From: the human T2T-CHM13v2.0 reference genome, Homo sapiens
Assembly: GCF_009914755.1 (NCBI RefSeq)
Contig: NC_060928.1
Strand: one strand, 5' to 3'
DNA: 64,000 bases
Positions 39,629-52,040 of this stretch are shown in pieces. Position 1 is the first letter of the stretch; every line of letters starts with the position of its first letter. The notes below the pieces were generated by a model. That model was not told the origin of the DNA. It searched no databases and worked only from the letters and a program-made list of their open reading frames with translations. The translations under genes were made by a program, and so were the position numbers.

Positions 39629-41757
39629 TATAAGGAACCACTCAGCTGAAGGCATGGCTTTAGATGGGTATGTTTATAGCAAGTGATCCTGGCACCTATA
39701 GCTAATATAAGCTGAGACTTTTATAGAATTCCCCATCCACTCAGGGCTCATATTCCTGTAAGGTCACATTCTGAGTCAGACTGTCTACCTGTTTCAGGTA
39801 ATTTATTGAAACATGTAGGGTACTAAAAAGCTAGCTGTCTGAAAATGTTCTGCTGTTTCTCTTAATTAGTTTTAATGGATTGGGTTCCCTGGTTGTTTAT
39901 AACATAGGAATTCAGGATGGCTCACATATTCTGTCTGGTTCTTTCCTTGACCATCCTGCTCCATCTTCCACTCTGGTTCCTGTCTAGCTTCACATTTCTG
40001 CTTTCATCTCTTAATATAATTGAGAATTTCTTGTAATCGCTTTCAAGAAGCTTTGATAGCTCTGTGCTCATAGACAGTGGTCTGATTTCTCCTCTTGAAT
40101 TGTATCCAAATGTTAACAGCCTTTGTTCCCACCTTGGCTGGGCTCAAACAAAGATCTTGTCTTTTATTTATTAATGTTTTACTTACCAAGTGTCAGACTT
40201 CACAGTTACTAGTACAGTACCCAGTAGGTTGTCTCTTAATAATGACATGTTGGTTGACTGGGTCATCAATAAATGAGGTATACATATTCAGTTAATTTGA
40301 ATAACTTTAATGCAAACCTGTAAGAACAAATACATTCAAAAGCACAAATCTGGAGAGGCTACACAGGTTTTCCAGTTACATTGCCAAAACTCAATATATT
40401 ACTTTATAGTCACACTTTGTAAGATTCTATTTTTGTGACATTTGAGCTGTGTTTCTAGTGTTCTGAGGAATCCAGTCGTCATGCATAAGCAAAATGTGCC
40501 ATGTCAGGATATGTGCAGCATACTCACACATGGTCCAAAACTTAAGGGGAGAGTGCTCAGTTGGATGGCAGGACCTGCATTCCAAAGAATGATGACAGAC
40601 TAGAAATTGGTCCATCTCCAAGCATGAAAAAAATCAAACAAAATTAAATTTAATTGCATTAATTTTAAGGTCACAACCAGCATCCAGAAAATTAACTAGT
40701 TGAAATAAAAGATGCAGAAAGCATGGGTAAGTGACATTGTAAGATAAATTGAGTAAGAGCGACTAGTCCTGAACTAAACTATTAATATGAAATTTTAATG
40801 GCAGGGAGATGTCACTTAGCCTCTGAATGTATATAATTTTAAACTATGATGTTATCTTAGTCATTTTTATTTGGATCCAGAAAAATGGAAAGCCAGATGT
40901 GTTTTACTTTATATAGAGGATTACAAAGAGTACTTATGGTATAATCTCATTTGTGTAAAAAAAAAAAGCTATATACATTTCTATATAAAATTGGCAAGAT
41001 GCACAAAAAATTGATTGCTGATGGTTTCCTATGGAGAGTAGCATATAATACTTTTATACTAAACACTAGACAATAATACTACTACTAGTATTACTCCTGG
41101 TAGTACTACTCCTCCTACCACTAGGTTGGACTACCAAACCATTTGGTTTCTTTCTGGATCTGACACAGGGTGGTTCTGTCTGCCGCATGAGGGAACAGAA
41201 AAATTCCAAGTCTTTTGGCTTCTTTTATATCAAGGATCTGTATATGCCCAATGTTAAATTAGGTGTATTTACATCATAACAATTCATATTATAATTTTGT
41301 AATGAAATTCACATATGATACCGGTGCTTATGGTGCAGTAAAGTGAATTTTTTTTAGTAACCTTTGCAGCTTAGGGAAAGTTTTTAAAAGTAAATAATAA
41401 TAAAGATAATTGGCTGGTTCATAGTCTTCTCATCTATTTGGTAATTCATTTCTCTATTTTTAATTCTTTTTAAATTTAATTTTTAATTTTTATGGATACA
41501 TACTAGGTATATATATCTATTTAAAATCATACTTTAATAGAGGGCCAAGCACTCATCTAGTGGCTACTGAAAATGCAAGTGCTGTGACCAAAAATAGACT
41601 TTCAAGACTTTATTTTGTACTGATGAATTTATGAGCAATTCATAGCCAGTTTCTTCCCTCAGTGGTGGTCCAGAAGAACCAAAGTACTAATTTCAGTTGA
41701 AAGGTAATATTGCTGCAGTTGTTACATAAATGTACATTCTAAGGTCCTATTAACCTT

Positions 41758-42115
41758 CTTTTTTAATTCAATAGGTTTTTGGGGAACAGATAGTGTTTGG
41801 TTACATGAGTAAATTCTTCAGTGGTGATTTCTGAGATTTTGGTGCACCCATCACCCAAGCAGTATACACTGTACCCAGTGTGTAGTCTTTTATCCTTCAC
41901 CCCACTCCCACTCTTTCCCCCAAGTCTCCAAAGTCCATTGTATTATTCTTATGTCTTTGTGCCTTTATAGCTTACCTCCTACTTATGAGTGAGAACATAT
42001 GATGTTTGGTTTTCCACTCCTGAGTTACTTCGCTTAAAATAATGGTCTCCAATTCCATCCAGGTTGCTGTGAATGCCATTATCTTATTCTTTTTTGTGGC
42101 TGAGTAGTATTCCAT

Positions 42116-42157
<42 letters not shown>

Positions 42158-43469
42158 TACCACATTTTCTTTATCTACTTGTGGATTGATGGACATTTGG
42201 GCTTGTTCCATATTTTTGCAATTGTGAATTGTGCTGCTATAAACATGCAAGTGCAAGTTTTTTTTTTATATAATGCTTCTTTTTCTCTGGGTAGATACCA
42301 AGTAGTGGAATTGCTGGATTAAATAATATATCTACTTTTAGTTCTTTAAGGAATCTCCACACTGTTTTCCATAATGGTTGTACTAGTTTTCATTCCCAAC
42401 CAAAATGTAACAGTATTCCCTTTTCACCACATCCATGCCAACATCTATTTTTTGAATTTTTGATTATGACCAGTTTTGCAGGAGTAATGTGGTATCACAT
42501 TGTGGCTTTGATTTGCATTTCCCTGATAATTAGTAATGTTGAGCATTTTCCCACATGCTTTTTGGTCATTTGTATATCTTCTTTTGAGAATTGTCTACTC
42601 ATGTCCTCAGCCCACTTTTTTTTTGATGGGATTGTTTTTTTTCTTGCTGATTTGTTTGAGTTCTTTGTAGATTCTGAATAGTATTCCTTTGTCAGATGTA
42701 TAGACTGTGAAGATTTTCTCCTACTCTGTGGGTTGTCTGTTAACTCTGCTGATTGCTTCTTTTGCTGTGCAGAAGCTTTTTAAATTAAGCCCTATCTGTT
42801 GATCTTGGTTTTTGTTGCATTTGCATTTGGGTCTTTGGTCATGAAGTCTTTGGGGAATAAAAGCCATCTACGACAAACCCACAGTCAACATTATACTGAA
42901 CAGGGAAAAGTTGAAAGCATTCCCCCTGGAACTGGAACAAGACAAAGAGGCCCACTTTCACCACTTCTATTCAATATAGTACCAGAAGTCGTAGCGAGAG
43001 CAATGTCTAGAAGGGCTTTTCAGATGTTATCTTCTAGACTATTTATAGTTTCAGGTCTTAGATTTAAGTCTTTGATCTATCTTGAGTTGGTTTTTTATAA
43101 GGTAAGAGATGAAGATGAGAATCCAGTTTCATTCTTCTACATATGGCTTGCCAATTGTCCCGGCACCATTTGTTGAATAGGGTGTCCTTTCTTCACTTTA
43201 TGTTTTTGTTTGCCTTGTCGAAGATGAGTTGGCTGTTTATTTGGCTGTATTTCTCAGTTCTCTATTCTGTTCTATTGGTCTATGTGCCTATTTTTATACT
43301 AGTACCATGCTGTTTTGGTGACTATGGACTTATAGTTTGAGGTCAGGTAATGTGATGCCTCCAGATTTGTTCTTTTGTTTAGTCTTGGTTTGGCTATGTG
43401 GGTCCTTTTTTTTGGTTCTATATGAATTTTAGGACTGCTTTTTTTTCTAGTTCTGTGAAGAATGATGGT
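41758..43469 (-). mobile_element. L1PB-like 3'UTR plus ORF2 end
   Basis: Antisense 3' end TTCAATAGGTTTTTGGGGAACAG...GTGGTGATTTCTGAGATTTTGGTGCACCC. ORF2 C-terminal remnant (MEYYSATKKN...WMELETIILSE). Opposite-strand insert at 42853-43000. Confidence 0.9.
42118..42151. repeat. (AC)n microsatellite inside L1
   Basis: About 16-17 AC units. Confidence 0.95.
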
Positions 43470-44249
43470 CAAAGGTTAGTCTTAGGACCACATGAGTAAA
43501 CAAGCTATTTAGATATGTTAATTACCCTTGCTATAGCTCACAGAGGATTAGACTGCCTTCAGCCATAACTCTATCCTGCGGGGGCTTTTACAAAAACCTT
43601 CCCAGCCTTCCAAAAAGGTTTGTATTTATTTTACAATTTCTTCCACCATCCTGACTGAACCCCTACATCTCCCCCTTTTCTGTTTTCTGCATCAGGCCTT
43701 ATTGATTGGAGAGCACAGATGTATGCAGCAACAGGTTTGTCAGGCATGGTGGTCATTGCTTATTCCAGCTTTGCATCCTAGAATTTGTAAATAACATAAG
43801 ACAATCATGAGTATAATTAGCAACATTCTTTTCTAGTCAAAGAATGACGTGTATTGTTATTTGGCACTTCAGTTTGATGTGTGATATTACTAAGGAACCC
43901 CACTGGGAGTATGTTAATCCCTTCTAGCCAAGCAGTCACATTGTTAGATGCTGGGAAGGGAGTGTCTGCCTAGATAATAGGGCCAAAAAAAGGCAGATTT
44001 AGAAGATGAGATTAATAGAGTGTTGCAGGTATAGGTAGCAGGCACAGTGAGATAATTAAAAAAGATTAATAAAGCATAGTAAGGAACAAATTATCTGGAG
44101 TAAATGGTGTCTGTGTCCAGAGCAGGATTCACTCAGTCTTCTGACTTGTCTTCAGCATAATGTCTGGGGCCTGTGTTGTCTGTGGAAGCTGCATCGTCCA
44201 GGGCTGTGGGTCCTGTAGGGTCAGTTCCTTCATTTCTGATACTGGGTTG

Positions 44250-45400
44250 GGTCCTAGCCATACCATGGTATGGTTTGATGTGTTGTGCTGGAATCCAAAG
44301 AGGACCTAAGGGGTTGTGAACACAAGCATACTCTCTTCCCCAATTTAACAATTCATTTGGACCACACCATACATTACTGTTACAACTTTCCATAAAACTG
44401 CAGGTTTCATGTCTTGAGAGGTTTTAGCAAAGTGCTTTTCTGTAGCCGATTGAAATTTATCATCTAAATTTAGAAGATTGAGGATAAATAAGGCTTATGC
44501 CAACAGTGTTGCAAGTCCTTTACCCATACTCCCCCTTTTCCATTTTTTGAGCATATTTTTAAGGATGGAGTGGGCACGTTCCACTATGGCCTGTCCTTGG
44601 GAGTTATATGGGATGCCGGTGGAATGTTGGATGTTCCACGTGTGACAAAATTGTTGAAATTGTGAGATGGCATAAGCCGGACCATTATCAGTTTTAATTT
44701 TTGTGGGCTGCCCCACAAACGTAAAAGTTAAAAGAAGATGTTTAATGACATATCGAATGGACTCTTCAGGAAGGGCGTGTGTACTAATTAAATGAGAATT
44801 GGTATCAACGGATACATGTACATCTTAGTTTTCCAAATTCAGGGATGTGTGTAACATGTTTGCCATAACTGATTCTGTTCTAGTCCTCTAGTGTTAACAC
44901 CTGTTGAAGAAGGGGACCTGCCTTTGAGCTGGCAATCTGGGCATTGCAGTATAATTTGTTTAGCCAGTTGAGATTGTTTATATAAGTTTCTCCAATTTTG
45001 GTGGAAAAATTGATGTGATTGGGTGGCTTGGTCAAACAGTGATGTCATAACCTGAAAGTCTGCTTGATCATTGCCATAAGCCAATCGGCCAGGCAGTGAG
45101 CTGCGGGCTCCAATGTGTGTAATAAAAATTGGTTGTGTATGTTGATCTAGCAATTGCTGAAGTTGGAGAAAAAAAGCACACAGGGCGGCCTCCAGAGTTG
45201 ACTTAATTAGGGCTGTTTCAAGGTTCTGCAATAAATAAACAGATAAGCAAAATCGCTAACTATATTGATGGGCTGAGTGGAAAAATTTTCCAAGGCCAAT
45301 ATCAGGGCCCCAGTTTTAGCTCTGAGTGCCAGTAAATCCAGATTGAATGACTGAATTATGTGGCCTCCACCAGACTGCTGCTTTTCCATGTTTACCATCT
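44250..45400 (-). pseudogene. pol: ERV pol remnant (RNase H plus integrase), frameshifted
   Basis: PIFITHIGARSSLPGRLAYGNDQAD (RNase H end). H-x3-H...C-x2-C zinc finger (SHQFFH...QCPDCQ). Integrase core KIKTDNGPAY...HSTGIPYNSQGQAIVERAH. Confidence 0.92.
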
Positions 45401-46019
45401 GGCTTTTAACTGCTCTTTAACTAACTCATGGGCTCTTTGTAATCTCTCTCCCTTTAGAGGTTATTGTTTTACTTAAATTGGATTAGGAGAGAGTCACATT
45501 AGGGGTAAGAGAGAGATAACAGTGGCCTTTATCAGAAAAAGATCTTCTAAATTCTTAAATTTTACTTAAATCTTAGCAGCGAATTATAATCTGGGATGTC
45601 GCTTGTATACAAGGAACACATGAAATTTTACTGTGGGCTGACTGTAGAGCTGGAGAGCTGAGCAGGAGGATCCTGGGGTGGCGGTCGCGTTGCAGTCGCA
45701 CCCACCTAGGCGATGCTTTTTGTTTGTGCCATGTTTTTTTCTTGCTTTTTTTTTTCTTTTTTTTCTGTTTGTGCTACTCCCTCCCCCTGCCACCAGGTGG
45801 CTGCTGCCAGCTGGGTGGACCTTCCCACGTGTGCACCTCCAGCCTGTCCCCAGCAGGCCAGCTCTGGCATGCTGGGCCTGGCTCCCTGTTGCTACTGCCA
45901 CCATGCAGACTGAGTTCCTGGGAGCATTTGCTGGCTCCGGATTTGCGAGCTTTTTCTCTGCCAAGCCTTTCTTCCTACTTACTGCCTGCTTGGTGGCGCA
46001 GCTCCGGCCTCTAAGGCCT

Positions 46020-46563
46020 TTTCTTAACTCTTTATGCACCTGATTGCCTTGTTGATCTTGCATTACCAGGCAGGCTAAGAGCTCCCCTTCTATTGCCGCT
46101 TGCTTAAGACAAGGTCTTATAGCTGTAGCGTGTCTCTTGTCTTTTTTCCTATTTTTTGGAGGAGGAGGCTCAGGCAAGACCTCCATTTCCTGTTTGTTAT
46201 TTTGGCTTGGTGATAGCAGGGCTGAGGGACTCAGGGGTGGTTAAATAGGTAAAGGTTCTTCCTCTTTCTCTTTTTTAGGCTCTTCTGTGTATAATGGGAC
46301 CAAAACCATCCTTACTAGAGCTCACAGTGTTAAAGATGATACTGGGACCCGTTGCCCTTGTGCGTGATGTTGTTTAAGATTTCTCCCCACCTGTTCCCAG
46401 AACTCTACATCTAGCATGCCTTCTTTTGGGAACCATGGATTATGGGTCATGACAGTTTGCATTAGGTCCCTTGAGCCTGCAAAACCAAGGCTCTGCTAAC
46501 TTTAAGCAGCTGCTTCAACACTTTTATATACTGTTTTTGTTGAGCTGATAACTGTTGTCCCAC
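46020..46563 (-). pseudogene. gag: ERV gag 5' remnant (matrix region)
   Basis: Start codon mutated to GTG, then GQQLSAQQKQYIKVLKQLLK. HNPWFP-type matrix motif. Proline-rich EVLPEPPPPK segment. Confidence 0.75.
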
Positions 46564-46701
46564 GATGAAACCTCAGCCTGAACAATCCCCTCCGAACTTG
46601 GAAATCTCGAGTGGGCACCAATGACTTACTGATTACTCACTGACTGCGTGGTCCTTTTGACCTTCGTTTTCCGGGGCTCTGTCATGCTCCCTTTGCAGCA
46701 T

Positions 46702-46719
46702 TCCTCACACAGGGCACCA
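46702..46719 (-). other. Retroviral primer binding site, tRNA-Met type
   Basis: Minus strand TGGTGCCCTGTGTGAGGA is 17/18 complementary to the 3' end of elongator tRNA-Met (...TCCTCACACGGGGCACCA, recalled). It lies 2 nt from the LTR end. Confidence 0.85.
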
Positions 46720-47250
46720 GCTGCAGGGGTCTGTCCCACAGACCCTGACCCAACAACAGATGAATAATATACATTGACACAGATATTATGCCTGTCAGTC
46801 TAGCGGAGTGTCTGGGCCACTTACAGACTCCGTGGAAGGTGCTATAAAGACGCAGCAGCCACAGCCTCAACTCACTTGCCCTCTGGGCATGTATTCAGCA
46901 CACATTAAATGACAAAGGTCTCAAGTAAACACCACTAGAAGGTAATTACCGTTGCCAATCCCACCCCCACCCCCGACCCCCCCCCCCCCACGCCCCACGC
47001 CCCGCTCAGTAGAGAGCAGTCATGTACCCGCAGATGGTCAAAGGTTAGTTTTAGGACCACATGAGTAAACAAGCTATTTAGATAGGCTCTTCTACATTCC
47101 CATGTTAATTACCCTTACTATAGCTCAAAGAAGATTAGGCTGCCTTCAGCCGTAACTCTATCCTGAGGCTTTTACAAAAACCTTCCAGCCTTCCAAGAAG
47201 GTTTGTATTTATTTTACAATTTCTCCCACCATCCTGACTGAACCCCTACA

Positions 47251-48596
47251 CTGGTTTTTCCTCATCTTAGTGGATTTATCTACCTTTGGTCTTAGATGTT
47301 GGTGACCTTCTGATGGGGTTTTTGTGTGGACTTCCTTTTTGTTGATGTTGATGCTATTCCTTTTTGTTTGTTAGTTTTCCTTCTAACAGTCAGGCCTCTC
47401 TGCTGCAGGTCTGCTTGAGTTTGCTGGAGGTCTACTCCAGACCCTGTTTACCTGGATATCACCAGTGGAGGCTGCAGAACAGCAAAGATTGCTGCCTGAT
47501 CCTTCCTCTGTAAGCTTAGTCCCAGAGGGGCACCCGCTGAATGCCAGCTGGAGCTCTCCTGTTTGAGATGTCTGTCAGCCCCTACTGGGAGGTGTCTCCC
47601 AGTCAGGATACAGGGAGGTGAGGGACCCACTTGAGGAGGCAGTCTGTCCCTTAGCAGAGCTCGAGCACTTTGCTGTGAGATCCACTGCTCTCTTCAGAGC
47701 TGGCAGGCAGGAACGTTTAAGTCTGCTGAAGCTGTGCTCACAGCCACCCCTTCCCCCAGGTGCTCTGTCCCAGGGAGATGGGAGTAAGACCCTGACTGGG
47801 GCTGCTGCCTTTCTTTCAGAGATGCCCTGCCCAGAGAGGAGGAATCTAGAGAGGCAGTCCCACTACAGCAGCTTTGCCGGGCTGCAGTGGGCTCCGCCCA
47901 GTTTGAACTTCCTGGAGGCTTTGTTTACACTGTGAGGGGAAAACTGCCCACTCAAGCCTCAGTAATGGTAGGCACCCCTCCCCCCACCAAGCTGGAGCAT
48001 CCCAGGTCAACTTCAGACTGCTGTGCTGGAAGTCAGTATTTCAAGTCAGTGGATCTTAGTTTGCTGGGCTTTGTGGTTGTGGGATCCACAGAGCTAGACC
48101 ACTTGGCTCCCAGGCTGCAGCCCCATTTCCAGCAGAGTGAACAGTTCTGTCTCATTGGTCTTCTAGGTGCCACTGCGGTATGAAAAAAAATTCCTGCAGC
48201 TAGGTGGGTGTCTGCCCAAACGGTCACCCAGTTTTGTGCTTGAAACCCAGGGCCTTGGTGGTGTACGCATCCGAGGGAATCTCCTGGTCTGCTGGTTGCA
48301 AACACTGTGGAAAAAAGCATAGTATCTGGGCTGGAATGCACCATCCCTCATGGCACAGTCCCTCAAGGCTTCCCTTGGCTAGGGGAGGGAGTTCCCTGAC
48401 CCCTTGTGCTTCCTGGGTGCGGCAACACCTCACCATGCTTTGGCTCCCCCTCCATTGGCTGCACCCACTGTCTAACCAGTCCCAATGAGATGAGCTGGAT
48501 ACCTCAGTTGGAAATGCAGAAATCACTTGCCTTCTACATTGATCTTGCTGGGAGCTGGAGACCAGAGCTTTTCCTATTCGACCATCTTGCCAGCCA
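47251..48596 (-). mobile_element. L1PA (PA7/8-like) 5'UTR plus first part of ORF1 region
   Basis: Minus strand begins GGCTGGCAAGATGGTCGAATAGGAAAAGCTCTGGTCTCCAGCTCCCAGC. GC-rich L1P 5'UTR, interrupted by the ERV LTR at 47250. Confidence 0.88.
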
Positions 48597-51500
48597 CAAT
48601 AATTTCATTTTTTATGGCTGCATAATATTCCAGGGTGTATATGTACCACATTTTCTTTATCCAGTCTACCATTGATGGATACCCAGGTTGACTCCATGCC
48701 CTTGCTATTGTGAATAGTGTTGTGATGAACATATGAGTACCATGTGTCTTTTTGGTAGAATGATTTATTTTATTTTGTATGTATACCTAGTAAAGGGATT
48801 GCTGGGGTGAATGGTAGTTCTGTTTTAAGTCCTTTGAGGAATCTCCAAACTGATTTCCACAGTGGCTGAACTAATTTAAATTCCAGTGAACAGTGTAAAA
48901 TAATCCTCTTTTTTCTGCAGCCTCACTAGCATCTTTCGTTCTTAGACTTTTTAATAATAGCCATTCTGATTGGCATGAGATGGTATCTTATTTTGGTTTT
49001 GATATGCATTTCCCTGATGAGTAGTGATGTTGAGCATTTTCTTCATATGTTTGTTGGTTGCTTGTATGTGTTTTTTGAGAGGTGTCTGTTTATTTCTTTT
49101 CCTCACTTTTTAATGGGGTTATTTTTCTTGTGGATTTAAGTTTCTTATAGATTCTGGATATTCGAACTTTGTCAAGTTCATGGTTTGTGAGTATTGTATC
49201 CCATTTTGTAGGTTGTCTATTTACTCTGTTGGTAGTTTATTTGGCTGTGCCGAAGCTCTTTGGTTTATTATGGCCCACTTGTCAATTTTTGGTTTTGTTA
49301 CAATTGCTTTGGAGGGCTTGGTTATGAGCTTTCCCAAGGCCGATATCCAGAATGGTGTTTCCTAGTTTTTTTTTTTCCCTAGGATTCTTATAGTTTGAGG
49401 TATTACATTTAAACCTTTAATCAAGTTTGAGTTAATTTTTGTATATGGTAAAAAGTAGGGTTCCAGTTTCATTATTCTGCATATGGCTACCCAGCTATCC
49501 CAACATCATTTATTGAGTACACAGTTCTTTCCCCACTGATTATTTTTGTTGACTTTGTCAAAGATCAGAAGGAATAGATGTGAAGCTTTATTTATGTGTT
49601 CTCTATTCTGTTCATTGGCCTATGTGACAGTATCATGCTATTTTAGTTACTGTAGCCTTGTAGTATAATTTGAAGTTGGGTAATGTGATGCCCCCTGTTT
49701 TTTTTCTTTTTGCTTAGGATCGCTTTGGCTATATGGGCTCTTGTTTGGTGCCATATGAATTTTAGAATAGTTTTTTTCTAATTCTGTGAAAAATGACATC
49801 GGTAGTTTGATAGAAATAACATTAAACATACAGACTGCCTTGGGAAATATGACCATTATAATAATATTGATTCTTCCAGTCCATGAGCATGGAATATTTT
49901 TCCATTTGTGACATCTATCATTTCATTCAGCAGTATTTTACAGTTCTCCTTGTAGAGATCTTTCACCTCCTTGGTTAAATGTATTCCTAGGTATTTTATT
50001 TTAATTTTTTTTGGTTGCTATTATAAATAGAATTGAGTTCTTGATTTGATTCTCAGCTGAAATGTTTTTGGTGTATAGAAATGCTACTGAATTTTGTATA
50101 TTGATTGTGTATCCTGAAACTTTAGCAAAGTCATTTGTCAAGTCTAGGAGGTTTTTGGAGGAGTCTTTAGGGTTTTCTAGGTATAAGATATCACCAGTGA
50201 ACAGAGATAATTTGATTTCTTCTTTTCTTATTTGGATGCCTTTTGTTTTTTTCTTTTTCCTGATTGCTCTGGCTAGAACTTCCAATACTATGTTGAATAG
50301 GAGTGGTGAGAGTGAACATCCTTTTCCTGTTCCAGCTCTCAAGAAGAATGCTTCCAGCTTTTGTAAATTCAGTATGGTGTTGGCTGTGGTTTTGTTGTAG
50401 ATTGCTCTTATTATTTTGACATATGTTCCTTCAATTCCTAGTTTGTTGAGGGTTTTTATAATGAGATGATGTTAGATTTTATCAAAATCTTTTTCTGCAG
50501 TTATTGAGATGATCATATGGTTTTTGTTTTAAATTCTGTTTCTGTGGTGAATCACATTTATTGATTTGCATATGTTGAACCAATCTTACATCCCAAGAAT
50601 GAAGCCTCCTTGATTGTGATGAATTAACTTTTTGAAGTGTTGCTGAATTTGGTTTCCTTGTATTTTGTTGGCGATGTTTCCATCTATGTTCATTATCCTT
50701 ATATTGGGCTGTAGTTTTGTTTTCTCATTGTGTCTTTGCCAGGTATTGGTATCAGGGTGATGCTGGCTTAATGGAATGAGTTAGGGAGGAGTCCATCCGC
50801 CTTGATTTTTTTTTTTTTTAAGAATAGTTTTGGTAGGATTTGTACAAGCTCTTCCTTGTACATCTGGTAGAATTAAGCTGTGAATATATCTGGTCCAGGG
50901 CTTCTTTTTTTGGTTGGTAGATTTTTTATTACTGATTCAATTTTAGAATTTAATATTGGCCTGTTTGGGGTTTCAATCTCTTTCTCAGTCAATCTTGAGA
51001 GGTTGTGTGTTTTCAGGAATTTATCTGTTTACTCTAGGTTTTCTCGTTTTTTGCGTATGGAGGTATTCATAGTAATCTCAGGGTCTTTTGTATTCCTGTG
51101 AGATTGGTTGTAGTGTCACTTTTGTCATTTCTGATTGTGCTTAATTTGGATCTTCTCTCTTTTTTTCTTTGTTAATCTAGCTAGTGGTCTATTGATCTCC
51201 TTTATTCTTTCAAACAACCCACTTTTGGTTTTGTTGATGTTTTTGAATGGAATTTTGCATCTTAATTTTATTCAGCTCTGCTCTGATTTTAGTTATTTCC
51301 TTTCTTCTGCTAGTTTTAGAGTTTGTTCTCATTTTTCTAGCTCTTCTAGGTGTGATGTTAGATCATTAATTTTGAGATCTTTCCATGAGGTAGGCTTTGG
51401 GATATAAACTTTCCTCTTTCTTTCTCTGAGTTTGTATTATATTAAAATAAAAAAAACTTTCCTCTTAACACTGCTTTTACTGCATACTTTTGGTATGTTA

Positions 51501-52040
51501 TGCCTCTGCTTTCATTTATTTCAAAGAATTTTTTTATTTCTGTCTTAATTTCATTGCTTACCCAAAAGTCATTCAGGAGCAACTTGTAATTGTGTGAAAT
51601 TCAGAAGTCTTCTTGGTATTGATTTCTATTTTTATTACACTGTGGTCGAAGAATATGGTTGGTATGATTTATATTTTTTTGAATTTATTGAGAGTTGCTT
51701 TTTGGCCGAGCATGTGGTTGATCTTATAGTATGTTCCATGTGCAAATGTGAAGAATGTGTATTCTGTGGTTGATGGTTGGAGTTTTCTTTAGATGTCTAT
51801 TAGGTCCAATTGGTCAAGAGTCAAATTTAAGTCCAGAATTTCTTTTTTTAGTTTTCTTCCTTGAAGATCTGTCTAACACTGTAAGTGTGGTTTTGAAGTC
51901 CCCCACTATTATGTGTAGCTGTCTACATCTTTTTATAAACCTGTAAGTACTTTTTAGATGAATCTGTGTGCTCCAATATTGGGTACATATATATTTAGGA
52001 AAGGCAAATCTTATTTAATTGAACCCTTTCTCCTTATGTC
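48597..52040 (-). mobile_element. Older L1P (PA15/16 or PB-like) ORF2 fragment
   Basis: RT remnants ([25 protein letters not shown]...[14 protein letters not shown]). The 3' terminus is absent. Confidence 0.88.
51419..51453 (+). other. 35-bp A-tailed orphan insertion with 13-bp TSD
   Basis: AAACTTTCCTCTT at 51406-51418 and 51454-51466 flank TCTTTCTCTGAGTTTGTATTATATTAAAATAAAAA. Confidence 0.85.

Larger units (their letters stand above)
43464..47250 (-). mobile_element. Internally deleted HERV-K(HML-5)/HERVK22 provirus with LTR22-type LTRs (5' LTR 46722-47250; truncated 3' LTR 43464-43667)
   Basis: Both LTRs begin TGTAGGGGTTCAGTCAGGATGGTGG on the minus strand. PBS at 46702-46719. PPT GAAAAGGGGGAGA at 43668-43680. 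Betaretroviral gag and pol remnants. Internal region is only ~3.05 kb. Confidence 0.88.

Noticed and set aside
41070-41125. TAC/TAG-rich quasi-palindromic tract
   Set aside because: Low-complexity sequence. Self-complementarity is expected from composition.
41476-41520. Possible ~45-bp L1MA 3' tip
   Set aside because: AT-rich and no convincing TSD, so not supportable by eye.
45678-46043. Hydrophobic 121-aa plus-strand ORF resembling a membrane protein
   Set aside because: The Phe-rich stretch comes from T-tracts on the antisense strand of the ERV.
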